DNA from: Balanoglossus misakiensis
Taxonomy: Eukaryota; Animalia; Hemichordata
DNA: 64,000 nt
Assembly: GCA_040954595.2 (NCBI GenBank)
Contig: CM082576.2
Span: 17,593,028-17,657,027, forward strand
Reading direction: 5' to 3'
The notes beneath the pieces are model-generated. The model was not told the origin of the DNA. It worked only from the letters and a program-made list of their open reading frames with translations, and made no database searches. A program made the translations under genes and the position numbers. Below are positions 38,445 through 51,108 of the stretch, piece by piece; within the stretch, counting starts at the first letter, position 1; each line of letters begins with the position of its first letter.

Positions 38445-39567
38445 TGTGAATTCAAAGGAAAATGTTTAAAAATACACATCTGATGTCACTTGTTAAAGGA
38501 AACTTCTGATTAAATGCAGAGATATACAAATTAGAATGTTTAGTTGATTCTATATGGTGAATTTAACATATTTCCTTTTACAGTGTATCTTTTATATCTC
38601 ATGTAGTCATTGACACAAAGGAGGACATCAATGTGATACATAATTTAATAAATTGGTAATACTATGTACATGGTATTCAGCATACATTCACCAGGGTCTA
38701 TGGATTCAGGTATAGATAAAGTAAAATACAGAGGTAGCAACTGTACCTGTTCATCACTCTCACAATGTTTTTGTTGCTATGTCAACTTAATTATCAAGGT
38801 GCTTATTTATAACTCACACATTTTTTTTTACAATACCAGCAAAAAGTAAAATTGACGGAAGATGAATTATGGGTAAAAAGTGTGATATTGGTGCTTTTGT
38901 CACATGATAATTCAGAAACTATTTCCTGACACTTAAATGGGGAAACAGGATTAATCCTTTTGGCTCATGTTTTGGTGAGGAAGCTTCCCCTTTGGTGACT
39001 TTTAGTATGCAAATTAGTTCAAACCCAGGGATTGAATGTTTCCACTTTATGGCATTCTTGACTCCAACTATGTTAACGCCAGGTGTTGCATGTTTACAAA
39101 GCTCCTGTTTGCACTGAGAGGCCATTGCATGAAAAAAAGCAAAACTATAGTAATCAGTGCATGTTTGCATGTTGTTTCTTTGATGTGTGATTACTCAATT
39201 ACTTGTTTATCTTATCATAACTAACTGCAACTGACAATAAATCCATATGTCCACATGCAGTTTGAGAAGTTGGAATTATCACTCAACACCATTAACAATG
39301 ACAAACATTTATGGCAGATTAATTGGTTGGAGAGTAAAAACTGCTGAACATGGACAGTTAATTCAACTGACCCCGATTGTTTATTGGGCCCTCAGTGTAA
39401 ACAGTAGTTGTGTAAATACACACACCATGGCATGAATGTGAATTTAGCAAGCCAAGAATGACATATCCATTGGGAAATGGTCTCTGCCGTATCATGCACT
39501 TTCGATGAGAAAGTATGCCACTCATGAACACAGTGATGAAAAGTTAAGTTTATAATGGCTGGAAAAC

Positions 39568-39624
39568 CCACCACCACCGCCACCACCACCACCACCACCA
39601 CCACCACCACCACCACCACCACCA
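39568..39624. repeat. (CCA)n microsatellite
   Basis: Direct reading. Confidence 0.95.
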
Positions 39625-41186
39625 CATGCTACACTATACCATGACGAAGCACTACACTTACATGCATCAGGGAGGTATAGGAGCATGGAGAGTGCACAGA
39701 AAATAAGCTTGTTAATTTTTATTGTATTTTGCCCAGATAATCCTGTTACCATCTTTTCTTCAACCCTTACACTAGCCCACACTTCAAATGGAAATTACTG
39801 TAATGTATTAAACATAATCAGTGTGAAAAGGGATGAAAATTCATGGAATCATCCTCATCTTATTCCTGGAAGATTGAGACATGCATTCTCCAGCAGCATT
39901 AACGGTGTGAGGGCGCCGTCCAATTAAGTAGTGGCAGCGACCTGCCGAGCTCTGTAATTCTGTGTGGATTTTTTCTTACTAGTTTCTAACTTAGTTTTTG
40001 TGACGTTCATACTGCTAAAGGCGAGAGTATCCCTCAGAGTTGATTTGAACTATATATGGGAAGCATTTCAGAGCTTTTCCCCATTCGGAATTGTAGTCGA
40101 TGACCACATGGACTATACAAGCTGCAATGATTGTAGCGGGTGCTGCTAGGTGCATAACTGCTACAAGGCCTTGTGTGTAATTTTCCAATCAACTTTCTGT
40201 CGTCAGCTCAGTTACGGGGTTTAACTCTTACCTCCGATAACATTTGAAAACCGAACGGGTGCATCCCCCCAAAAAAACACCTCCATGGGTTTATCGTTTA
40301 TTTTTTAATGGAAGCAGGACGATTTTGGGGGAAATTTGGGCGTCGGAGGTGTTCATAACACGATTACGGAATTGGGTGAATCAAGTAGTCTCCACTGGTA
40401 CTGCAGAACCTGTTATGCGACAGCAGATGATACTATTAAAATGCTGGCTTCCCTGAAAAGTCAATACACGAGACTTGAACATGACATAAGAGGAATTGAA
40501 GATAAAGTTGATGAGCTTCAGAAACAAGTAGATAACAAAGTTGATGAAAGACGAGTGAAGGAAATTATCAAAGAAAATCTTCACGATATAGATGTCCAAC
40601 CTAGACAACCCACACAAGCAACTAGCATCAATGACAAAGAGATGGTGGAAAAATCAGTCAAAGAAATCAATGAAAGAAGAGCTAGAGAACCTAATATTAT
40701 TATCTACAATGTACCAGAAACCGACTCTAACCTAAAAGATGCAAGAATAAAACACGACAGAGACATTATAGATCACTTCTGTAACACAGTTTGCCACATC
40801 GAGTCTGAACCCCATAGTGACATATCAAGGATAACAAGACTGGGAAGAAAGAAAGAGGATGGTCCAAGACCCCTACTTGTAGCATTTAAGGAGGCTGAGA
40901 AAAAGAAAAGTTATTTAAAAACTTATACAAGCTACAAGAAGCTGACACACCATATAAGCGGTTTGTAATTACCCATGATATGACTCTGACAGAAAGAGAT
41001 GAATACAAGAAACTGAGGGCAGAAGCCAAAAAAGGAAGAAGAGTCCCAGAGAAAGTGGAAAGTTAATCAAGCTCCCAGTACTGAAGAAGTTGGATCAAGA
41101 GACAGAAACAGAATCCCTAGGCGTATGCCCAAGAGAAACGGACAAAGTGTAAAAAAAGAGGACACGAAAAAAAACACTGTATAAAA

Positions 41187-41824
41187 TGTAACGGCCTTGT
41201 TGATCCATTGAATTTGTATGTATATCTGTATGTATGTTATACCTGTATATTGCAGTAATTCGTTATTCAACTATTCATATGACGTAAGAGTACTTACCTG
41301 CAATTGGTTGATCTTAATTATATGCAAACCACCTGGAAGTTTCATTTGACCAATGAACACAAGCTAATCTGGCACTATGATGTAGTTGCTGATATAAAAG
41401 GACATTGTGCATAAAATTGGTCAGTTCACCTCTGTAGCCAGACCGGCCACACACATTGGAACTGACATGTATTTGTTCCATTTCAGGTTAGTTTCCTTGT
41501 ACCTTACCTGTTGCTTGAAGCTTTGTATTTTGGTGCATTCTACCGACTCATTTCAGCACAAGTAATTGGTGTCTTGAACTTGCGTCAATTTTCCAATTGT
41601 ATGTCTATATTTTCCACTTGCATGAATTTTGGTGTATTCTGTTGGAGGTGAACTCCCATACATGTGTGTAATTTAGGAGTTCACCTCTGTAGCCAGACCG
41701 GCCACACACGCTGGAACTGACATGTATTTGTTCCATTTCAGTTATTAAATGTAAGGCCTATGTCTTTGTTACCCGTAACCCGTTTGGTGTGAATATGTTG
41801 GAATGAACGGCGACAACCGTGACA
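41187..41824 (+). mobile_element. Solo LTR between CR1 ORF1 and ORF2
   Basis: tgtaacgg...ccgtgaca termini, TATA box (gatataaaag ~41391), attaaa signal ~41744, internal ~64-bp direct repeat. TSD imperfect (aaaa/ataa). Confidence 0.7.
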
Positions 41825-42221
41825 ATAATGTAAATAGAACTGCTAATTTATTGGACTTTTTAAGATGTATGTATACAAATGCAGATAGTCTGATAAACAA
41901 ATGGGATGAGTATGTTCTACGGGTTGAAGAATACAAGCCAATAATAATTGGAATCGCCGAGGTAAAACCGAAACATTCAAGATTCTTAATGTCTGCTCCT
42001 GAAATTAGTCTCAGTAACAATTATATATTCCATTGCAACATTGATACTAAAAAGGGCAGAGGAGTAATACTGTATACAAGGAAATCACTCAAGGCAGAAA
42101 TGTATCAATTGGATGAAGACTTCCAGGAATCTGTCTGGGCAGTAATTCGTTTGAATACCAAGGATAAACTTTTAGTGGGATGTGTATACAGAAGCCCTAA
42201 CGCAACAAAAGATAATAATAG

Positions 42222-43268
42222 CATGTTTACACTCTACACTGCACCTCTGGAAGACATCTTCGGAGAACACGGGATTGATTGCATGATATACGCGGACGAT
42301 ACGCAAATTTATGCCATCTGCAACAGCCCTAACGATGTTCGCAATAACATTGAGCTCTGCGTCGATGATATCCGCAGCTGGATGAAATCTAACATGCTTG
42401 TACTGAATGATGATAAAACTGAAGTTATTCATTTTTCATCACGTTTAAAATCTAATGTGACAAAATTAGACTGTCTAAGAATCGGACAATGTGACATAAT
42501 TCCTTCAGTTTCAGTTAAAAATCTCGGCGTTATTTTAAGTCAGGATGGTAGCATGTCTGATCATATTAGTAAGCTGTGCAAAAATGGTTTCTTCTCTTTG
42601 CATAGAATAGCTAAAATTCGTAATCTTCTTGACAGATCTACAACTGAGAAACTAGTTCATGCATTTGTAACGTCTCATTTAGATTACTGTAATAGTCTTT
42701 TGTTTGGTATCCCGAAGGGACATCTAGCTCGACTTCAGTCTCTACAGAATGCTGCGGCGAGGCTAGTTACTCGTACGCGCAAGTCCGATCATATCACACC
42801 CATACTCAAAGATTTACACTGGCTACCGGTAGAGGCCCGCATCAGTTTTAAAATTCTCTTGCTCACATTCAAATGTATCAGTGGTAAGGCACCTGCCTAT
42901 TTGACTGATCTTTTACATTTATATGTACCAGCTCGAGAACTGCGCTCGAGTGTTCAATTCTTTTTAACTCATCCTCATGGTAATTTTAACAAAACCTACG
43001 GACAGAGAGCTTTTTCAGTTTGTGCGCCCATTTTATGGAACAATTTACCCCTTGATATCAAAACTGCCAGAAGTGTCAATATTTTTAAGTGTAATTTGAA
43101 AACATACCTTTTTACTCGGTTTTATGTGTAACGTGTTCGATTGTGTCCTTTTAACTATTTTTACCAGCCTTGTATTTTTTAATCTACTCTTTTAGCTATG
43201 TACAATGCGCTGAGACGTATGTGTAGCGCATTTTAAACAATTCTTAATAATAATAATAATAATAATAA
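42222..43268 (+). mobile_element. Second, shorter copy of the same L2-like LINE, inserted in the CR1 endonuclease domain
   Basis: Near-identical to the reverse complement of 23439-24478; (TAA)n tail. CR1 reads ..KDNNN|KLNNIL..MGDFN across the insertion. Confidence 0.92.
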
Positions 43269-46200
43269 ATTGAACAACATCTTAGTCAAATCAACAGAAA
43301 AGAATTATAGCCATGTGTTGGTAATGGGTGATTTTAACTATCCGAATATTGACTGGAGTAATTGGACTACCACTCACGACAATGTAACTAGTGAAGAATT
43401 CAAGTTTATAGAAACAGCAAGAGACAGTTACTTCTTTCAACACGTCCTACAATCAACAAGAACTCGAATACACAACACACCAAGTACACTTGACCTTATT
43501 TTTACTAATGTACAGGGAATGATCACAGAAATCGAATATTGTAGGCCGTGGGTAAAAGTGACCACTCTGTCTTATGTTATAAATTCAATTGTTATATTGA
43601 AAATGCTAACTATAAGAAGACAAAATACTTCTAAAACAAAGCTGATTATGATGCTATTAAGAAAGAATTGAGTACTATAGACTGGGACAAAATCTTTGAA
43701 CACTGTGAACATGATGTCAACAAACAGTGGGAGTTATTTTCCAAAACCATCAAAGATAAGAAGATAAGTGTGTTCCACACAAAGAAATAAATAGTGATAT
43801 TACCAATAGAAGAAAAATACCTATGGACATGAATACATTAAGGAAGATTAGGAGGAAACACACCTTATGGAAAAGGTATATGGAATCTAAGGATGGTAAA
43901 GTATACCAGGACTATTGTAGGGTGAGAAATCAAGTCTAGACAGCCACAAGAAGAATAAGGAGAGACTTTGAAAGAAACCTGGCTAAGGATGCTAAAATAA
44001 ACCCAAAGCTGTATGGAAATATATTAAATCTAAAAGTAAGACCAAAGATGGAATTCCTGATTTAAATACTAACCCAAAGGATGCAAACTCTCCTCTTACT
44101 AAATTAGAATCTGAGAAAGCACAAGTCTTAGGTACGTTTTTGCAAGTGTCTTCACTCAGGAACCACCAGGGAACATTCCACATTTACCTGAAAGACCGTT
44201 ACTACATCATCTAGAAGAATTAAATATTACTGAAGATATGGTGTTGAAGACACTTTTAAAGTTAAAACCAGAGAAATCACAAGGTCCAGATGGTATGAAC
44301 CCTAATTTTTAAGGAATTGGCGGAGCCTCCATGCGTGCCACTGTCAAAAATTTTTAGGACCTCTTTGCAACACATGGAATTACCATCAGTTTGGAAACAA
44401 GGCAGGATCTCAGCAATTTACAAGAAAGGAATCAAGAAATCGGCAAGCAATTACAGACCAGTCAGTTTAACAAGTATTATATGCAAATGTATGGAGCAAA
44501 TTATCACAGATAATATTATGAATCACATGAAAGCCAATAATTTCTTCAGTAGCAGGCAGTACGGATTTATCAAAGGAAGATCAACTTCAATCCAACTTCT
44601 TAACGTTATCGATAAATGGACAAAAGCTATAAACGAAGGGTATGTAGTTGACACAGTTTACATGGACTTTATGAAGGCTTTTGACACTGTGCCACATAGA
44701 AGATTAATTGGCAAACTTTTAGCATACCATATAACCGACCCACTCCTTGGATGGATTTCTGCATTCCTAACAGGACGAAAGCAACAAGTAGTGGTGAACG
44801 GAGCACAATCAGACTGGCTTCCAGTTACACGCGGTATCCCACAAGGTAGCGTGCTGGGCCCACTTCTATTCGTTATTACATAAACGACTTACCAGATGTT
44901 GTGAAATCTGAGGTGTTCCTCTTTGCCGAGGATACAAAGATATTTAGAAACATAGAGCATGAAGAGGACCATACTATATTGCAAGAGGATTTGGATAATC
45001 TCATGGAATGGTCAAATACTTGGCTCCTTCGTTTTCACCCTGGTAAATGTAAAACTATGACACTTGGTAACACTACAGAAGAGAAGTTCAACTACACCTT
45101 AAAAGTCCAGGACCAAAGAGTACAGTTATCACAAACAGGAGAAGAAAAAGACATTGGAGTGGTTATTGACTCACATCTTGAATTTGACAAACATATAAAT
45201 GAAAAAGTGAATAAGGCAAACAGCATAATGGCTCTTATCCGAAGAGCATACATGTTTTTGGATGAACATACTTTTTTACCACTATATAAATCATTGGTGA
45301 AAAGCCATGTTGATTATGCCTGTCTGGTCTGGAGTCTATATATACAAAAGCATATTGAAAGCCTAGCAAATATACAACAAAGAGCAACGAAGAAACTACC
45401 AGGTTTTAATAATCTATCATATCCAGAAAGACTAAAGAAACTGAAACTTCCTACATTAGCATACAGAAGGACACGAGGGGACATGATAGAACTGTACAAA
45501 ATTGTGAACAACAAATATGACCCAGTAACTACATCATTTATTAAGCTAAAAACAGATTGCACATCAGGAAGTGGACTTGGAGGTCACGGCAAACAATTAT
45601 TTCATCAACATTCAAGACTACAACTAAGGAAAAACTTCTTCTCCTTGAGAGTAATCAACACATGGTGTAATAAATGAGCGTACTGTAATTTTGTGTAATT
45701 TACAACTATGTATATATATATAGCCTCACTTTGGCTTCCCGCCATCTCGAGAGCTCCTGGCTTTTCTTTTTCTTCGAGACTTTTCCAGACTTTTCTAGCG
45801 TTATTCCTATCGTTTTCAATGATACCTCGTCCCAGAAGAACTTGCAGAATTTGCGGAATTCCCGTACACTTGCGCAGTGGTCCATCCGGTCAAGGTTGTT
45901 CATCAAACTCGAGCAACCCTTTCAGTTCGAAATTGACACTTCACATACCAATATGGCGGACAGCGGTTCACAGTTCAACATAATCGATGTCGATCAACCT
46001 AGTCCGAAGACAGGCGGTATCAGGCGAGTACCAGATGAAACTTTGCCCGAAACTAAAAGAGTTATTCACCCCAGCGCCCGGCAAAAACACACAATCCCAA
46101 TTGTTGGACTCGATCAAGAAAGAAAACGACTAATTGGCCCCAGAATTGGAACTCGAAGAAGCCATGGCTCGCAACTCAAAGCTCAAACAGCAAATCAAAG

Positions 46201-48537
46201 ACCGAAAACCGCGTACAACCGCAACAGTCGGTTCCTTCAAGAAGGATAAAGCAGTATTATCTGCAGTGAAGAAAGAAAGAAGGAAATTGGGCATAGATTC
46301 CTCGTCGCCCAGCTCATCAGGATTCGGACACTGAATCCAGCGAAATAGAGGGCTCATTCAAGGACACAAAACCCAGAGGTAGGCCACTGGATTACATCCC
46401 CTTCAAATTAAAATAAAAAAAGAAAAAGCCCAAATCCGGTGTATCAAGGAAAGCAGCAGATCAAGTGTTATTTATGGTGCCTTGGCCACATGAATTCACC
46501 TCGAAAGCAGCCGCGGGTATCATCGATGAACTCGACTACTCCAGATTATCCCTGACTGCTTTCGTTAAAAGTGAACTAGCTATTATTTTCCATGAGGAAC
46601 CAGACAGCCACAAACAGCCCAGGGCAGACCACCTTATCGATCTCATGCACTTGGCCGAGAGTTATGCTTGGCCAGACATCAGACAGTATCACTGCGAGGT
46701 ACTTCAAGCTATAGAGAGAGGGCTCTTCACATGGAACTCAGATTTTTCCCGTTTGAAGGCAAGATGTTTGCAAACAAAGATCAGTAAAGCCACAGCACAG
46801 TCCCACACAAAGAAAGACAGATATTGCGCGGATTACCAAACTGGCAAATGTAAGCAGCCCAAAGACCATCAAAATCAGCATGGGGAGACAGAACACCATA
46901 TTTGCCGTCCCTGTTTGTACATCCGCAAGGTACAGGCAAAACATCCCGCCAGCTCCTGCCCTCACAAACCCCACCAAGACAAAGACTGACTAAGCGTCGA
47001 TAAACAGCCACTATATTTCAACGACTTGTTTCAACGCAGCATCCATGTATCTTTTGGAGCACATAATTCACCTTCAGATCCGCAGATCACAACCTCTACA
47101 TGCAGTTCCACAGAGCAGTCTTCGCCTTCCCAGATTCCCATATCTGAATCAGCCGGTGCAACAAATTCACCCTTTCTTTGCAACCATCGTAGCCATCTCA
47201 GCATTAATGATGACATGGGATGTGAGGTTACCATTAATACGCCACATCAGACAATTCTTCCAGCTGTCAACACTGATCACATTCCTATAAGCGATCAATG
47301 CAGCAATACAGATTCTCCCCTTATGCGTGACACACACAGAGATTCCTGCTCTCCACACCAGGTGGCCCATCCAGATTTCTCTTCAGACAGCACAAATACC
47401 CAACCAGACAATGTCACACACTCATGCGATGCCGACAGTCTCCACTTTCCAGAAGCGGTACCAGCACCGCCAACTCACGGAGCTCACACATGGCCAACTT
47501 CACCCTTGAACCTAGATTTCCTGATAGCCGCTCACAATGCAGTTTACAACTCAGGACATCCTAACTTTAGCGGATGCCGTATTCCAGTACCATCTACGTT
47601 TAACATAGACTTATGGAGAAGCAACCTCCAGGACTACCAGGACAGCATAGTCGCCGATTATCTGGAATTCGGTTGGCCCATTGGCTATGCAAAGAAAACG
47701 TTGCCCCCACCAACTTTGCGCAATCATGCCTCAGCCTATGCATTTGCGCACCACACGGAAGCATACATCCAAACCGAGCTCAAATACGGGGCACTGATTG
47801 GCCCCTTCGGTAACAACCCTTTCGCCGTAGATGCCACCTTTTTTACCATTGCTGTCCGTTCCCAAGAAAGACACACCAAAGAGAAGAAGAGTCATGGATC
47901 TCTCTTTCCCGCTGCACACATCAGTCAATGATGGCATTCCCACCGATGACTTTCTCGGTTGTCCCTACAAGCTGTCCTACCCATCAATCGACGATTTTAT
48001 CAGCATAATCAACGAATACGGTCCAGGCTGCCATATTTTCAAATGCGACATACGACGCTGTTATTGCTGGATCCCAGTGGATCCAGGTAACTACTACCTC
48101 CTCGGCCTTTCCTGGAATGATATGTTGTTCTTCGACACCAAACTCCCATTTGGTTTGCGTACTGCAGCAATGGCGTGTCAACGTACAACTAACGCTTTGA
48201 TTCACATATACAGACAACAAGGCTTCAAGGCATTCAACTATATAGATGACTTCGCAGGAGCGGCACATCCGAGCACTGCCACACAGGCATATGAAGCCCT
48301 CACATCAGTCATAACCCAGCACGGTTTCGAACTTGCCTCGGATAAATGCACCCCACCTACCACTGAGCTGATTTTTCTTGGGAAACAGTTCAACACCCTC
48401 GATATGCAGATCACAATTCATGTGAGAACAAACTGACCGAGACCGAATCGCTTATCACAGACTTCCTCCAGAGGAAGAAGTGCACATGGAGACAATTGCA
48501 GTCCCTAGTAGGTAATGATAAACCAGGAATTATAATT

Positions 48538-49084
48538 ATTATATTATATCATGCTACCGTCCGCGATTCTGATTGGACAAGAGCTATGGTAAAATACTGT
48601 TTTACCACTGCTGGCAGTGGTAAAACGGGCCCCTGAACTAGCATGCAGCAGTGAAAATGTGCGGTTATACCACAGTCACGCGGGATTAAACCAAATGAAT
48701 AACATAAAAACACTTGAATTTACGGATGTTTTATTTTCGAACGGCTCTGCTCTGAATATTTTGCACTTTTGTCACTTTTTGGCGTCTGCTTTATGTTTAA
48801 TGCTCGATCCCGGGCCGTACGTGTTTACATTCACCGTCGCCATGTTGGTTTACGATCGTAATTTCTCTTTCTGACGCCGTTTCGGTAAGAAAATGACACT
48901 GATTTACCACAAAAACAACTGTTGATATAATATAATAGCAATAACCCCCGCCTCAGTCGGGTATACACTCGATTTGGGTACAATTCGCTCCATATAGCAC
49001 TCGCCTAACGGCTCGTGCTATATGTCTCGAATTGTACCAAAATCTCGTGTATACCCGCCTGCAGCGGGGGTTATTGCTTAAATA
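48538..49084 (-). mobile_element. Hairpin-ended element, family B, inverted diverged copy
   Basis: Reverse-complement homolog of 29945-30520. Confidence 0.75.
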
Positions 49085-49120
49085 AAACCTGTGTTACAGC
49101 AAATGGTTATAGCGTTGTAA

Positions 49121-49437
49121 ATTTAAGCAATAAAACACCCCCAGCCATGGTATACCACGAGATTTTGACCAGTTCACGACATATACGCATGAGCGATAGC
49201 GAGTGCGTATATGGAGTTGAACTGGTCAAAATCGAGTGGTATACCATGGCTGGGGGTGTTTTATTGCTATTATATTATGCCAGTATATTGAAACTATGCA
49301 TCAAACATTTTAAAAAGGCATTTTCTTTGACTATGATATATGACTGTGGTATATGGCTAATATATCACGGTCACGTGTCGTGTCTCGACCAATCAAATAG
49401 CGTGATTTACACCATCAATATACTGGTATAATATAAT
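49121..49437 (+). mobile_element. Hairpin-ended element, family C
   Basis: 143-bp palindrome 49126-49268, then a 23-bp inverted repeat attatattatgccagtatattga / tcaatatactggtataatataat. Confidence 0.65.
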
Positions 49438-49469
49438 ACGTAATAATTTCTTCACACTTATTCTCTTTT

Positions 49470-51108
49470 GTGAATAACATTACAGTGAAGCACACGGAAG
49501 TACTAGATGGTTGGATCACTGCGTAACAACACATTCAATGAATGTGGCAATAAGAGACATGAACATTTTGCATGACATAGTTTCATCTGATCATTTCCCA
49601 TTGAGTGTTATTATTGAAATGGCAGGTCACACTCAAGTCGATTTTGATTATGCTAACACTTGCCGTCCGAGGCCTAAACCCCTTTGGTCAAAAGCTTCCT
49701 CAAGTCATTTGAACTGCTATTGGTCTGCTACTGGCGATTTGTTAAGTAATGTACATATCCCGGTTGCCTCTATTTCTTGTCGTAACCCTAATTGTAAGGA
49801 TGTCAGCCATCGGCAGGAATTTGTTCCTTTTACAGTGATATTGTTAGTCATCCTAAGTCAGCTGCTCAGAATACCATACCATTTTCCAGCCCAAGTGTTC
49901 CTCATGAAGTACCAGGTTGAAATGATCAAGTTCGCGACTACCACAGTATTGCACGTGATGCCTTTAAAGTTTGGGTCGCTGTTGGGAAGCCTCGTGAAGG
50001 TGTTTTGTTTGAGATGATGCGGAAAACACGTGCAAAATTCAAGTTGGCCCTGAGAGTTTGTAAGAGAAACGAGAAAATGGCGAGGGAAAACGAAATGGCT
50101 CGTCACCTCTCACAGGGTGATTCTCGTAAACTGTGGAATTCTGTACGTGCCGGGTCATACTCAAGCAAAAAAACGTTCTACCCACTGGTGTAGGTGATTG
50201 CAATGGTCATTCAGAAATTGCAGATATGTGGAAAACCCATTATGAGTCTTTGCTTAATTCTGTGGATAGTTGTCAAAATAAGAATCGTGTTATGACTGCC
50301 CTAAATCATATCGACTTTTCTGATGCAATGATTGTTACACCTGATGAAGTTACGCACGCTGTTAGTAAATTAGATAAGGGTAAATCTGCTGGTAAAGACG
50401 GCATCCATTCTGAACACCTTATTTATGCAAACTACCGTTGCCTTGTCTTGTTAAGTTTGTGTTTCACAGCATTTTTTGTGCATGGGTACGTACCGGACAA
50501 TTTTATGCAGGCATTAATTGTTTCAATAGTTAAGGACAAATCTAGCGATGTCACATCCGTTCTTGCTCTTGTTTCAATTGTGTCTAAAGTGTTTGAACTT
50601 TGCATCTTGGCCCGTTTAGACGGATATTTTCAGTTTGGGTTTAAAAGGAAGCACTCCACTGATATGTGCATTTCATTTTAAAGGAGATAATAGACCTTTA
50701 CAGAAGACAGAATTCGCCAGTCTTCTCTTGCTTTTTAGATGCCAGAAAGGCTTTTGATAGAGTGAACCATTGGTCTTTGTTCAAAAAATTAATTGATAGA
50801 GGTTCGCCGCTTTTCATTGTTCGCATTTTGTTGTGGTGGTATCGTAACCAGTCATTCTATGTTAGATGGGCTTCTGCAACCTCTGCGCCGTTTTTGTGTC
50901 CAAAATGGAGTTCGTCAGGGAAGCATTCTCTCCCCTAAACTGTTTGCAGTCGATGTCGACGATCTCAGTTACATTTTGCAAGGGTCGGGTGTGGGGTGCC
51001 AGATAGCAGGTAATATAATCAATCATTGTCCTTCTGCTAAATCACTCAGAAAATTGATAACGTTATGCGAAATGTATGGAAATGGCCATGACATCCTTTT
51101 CCATTCTG
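49470..51108 (+). mobile_element. Degenerate LINE fragment (APE C-terminus plus RT N-part; RTEX/Proto2-like, clade uncertain)
   Basis: LDHCV..SDHFP, GKSAGKDGIHSEHL, QFGFKRKHSTDMC, FLDARKAFDRVNH, GVRQGSILSP. Confidence 0.8.

Larger units (their letters stand above)
39880..45666 (+). mobile_element. CR1-type LINE (ORF1 plus APE-RT ORF2), disrupted and 3'-interrupted
   Basis: ORF1 ~40330-41100: WYCRTC, RAREPNIIIYNVPE, RLGRKK..PRPLLVAF. ORF2: MYTNADSL, GCVYRSP, MGDFNYPNIDW, LDLIFT, NYRPVSLTS, DFMKAFDTVPH, GIPQGSVLGP, FAEDTK, RRTRGDMI, FFSLRVINTW. The 5' boundary is approximate. Confidence 0.9.

Noticed and set aside
39392-39782. Poly-Val and poly-Gly ORFs
   Set aside because: Translations of the (CCA)n microsatellite.
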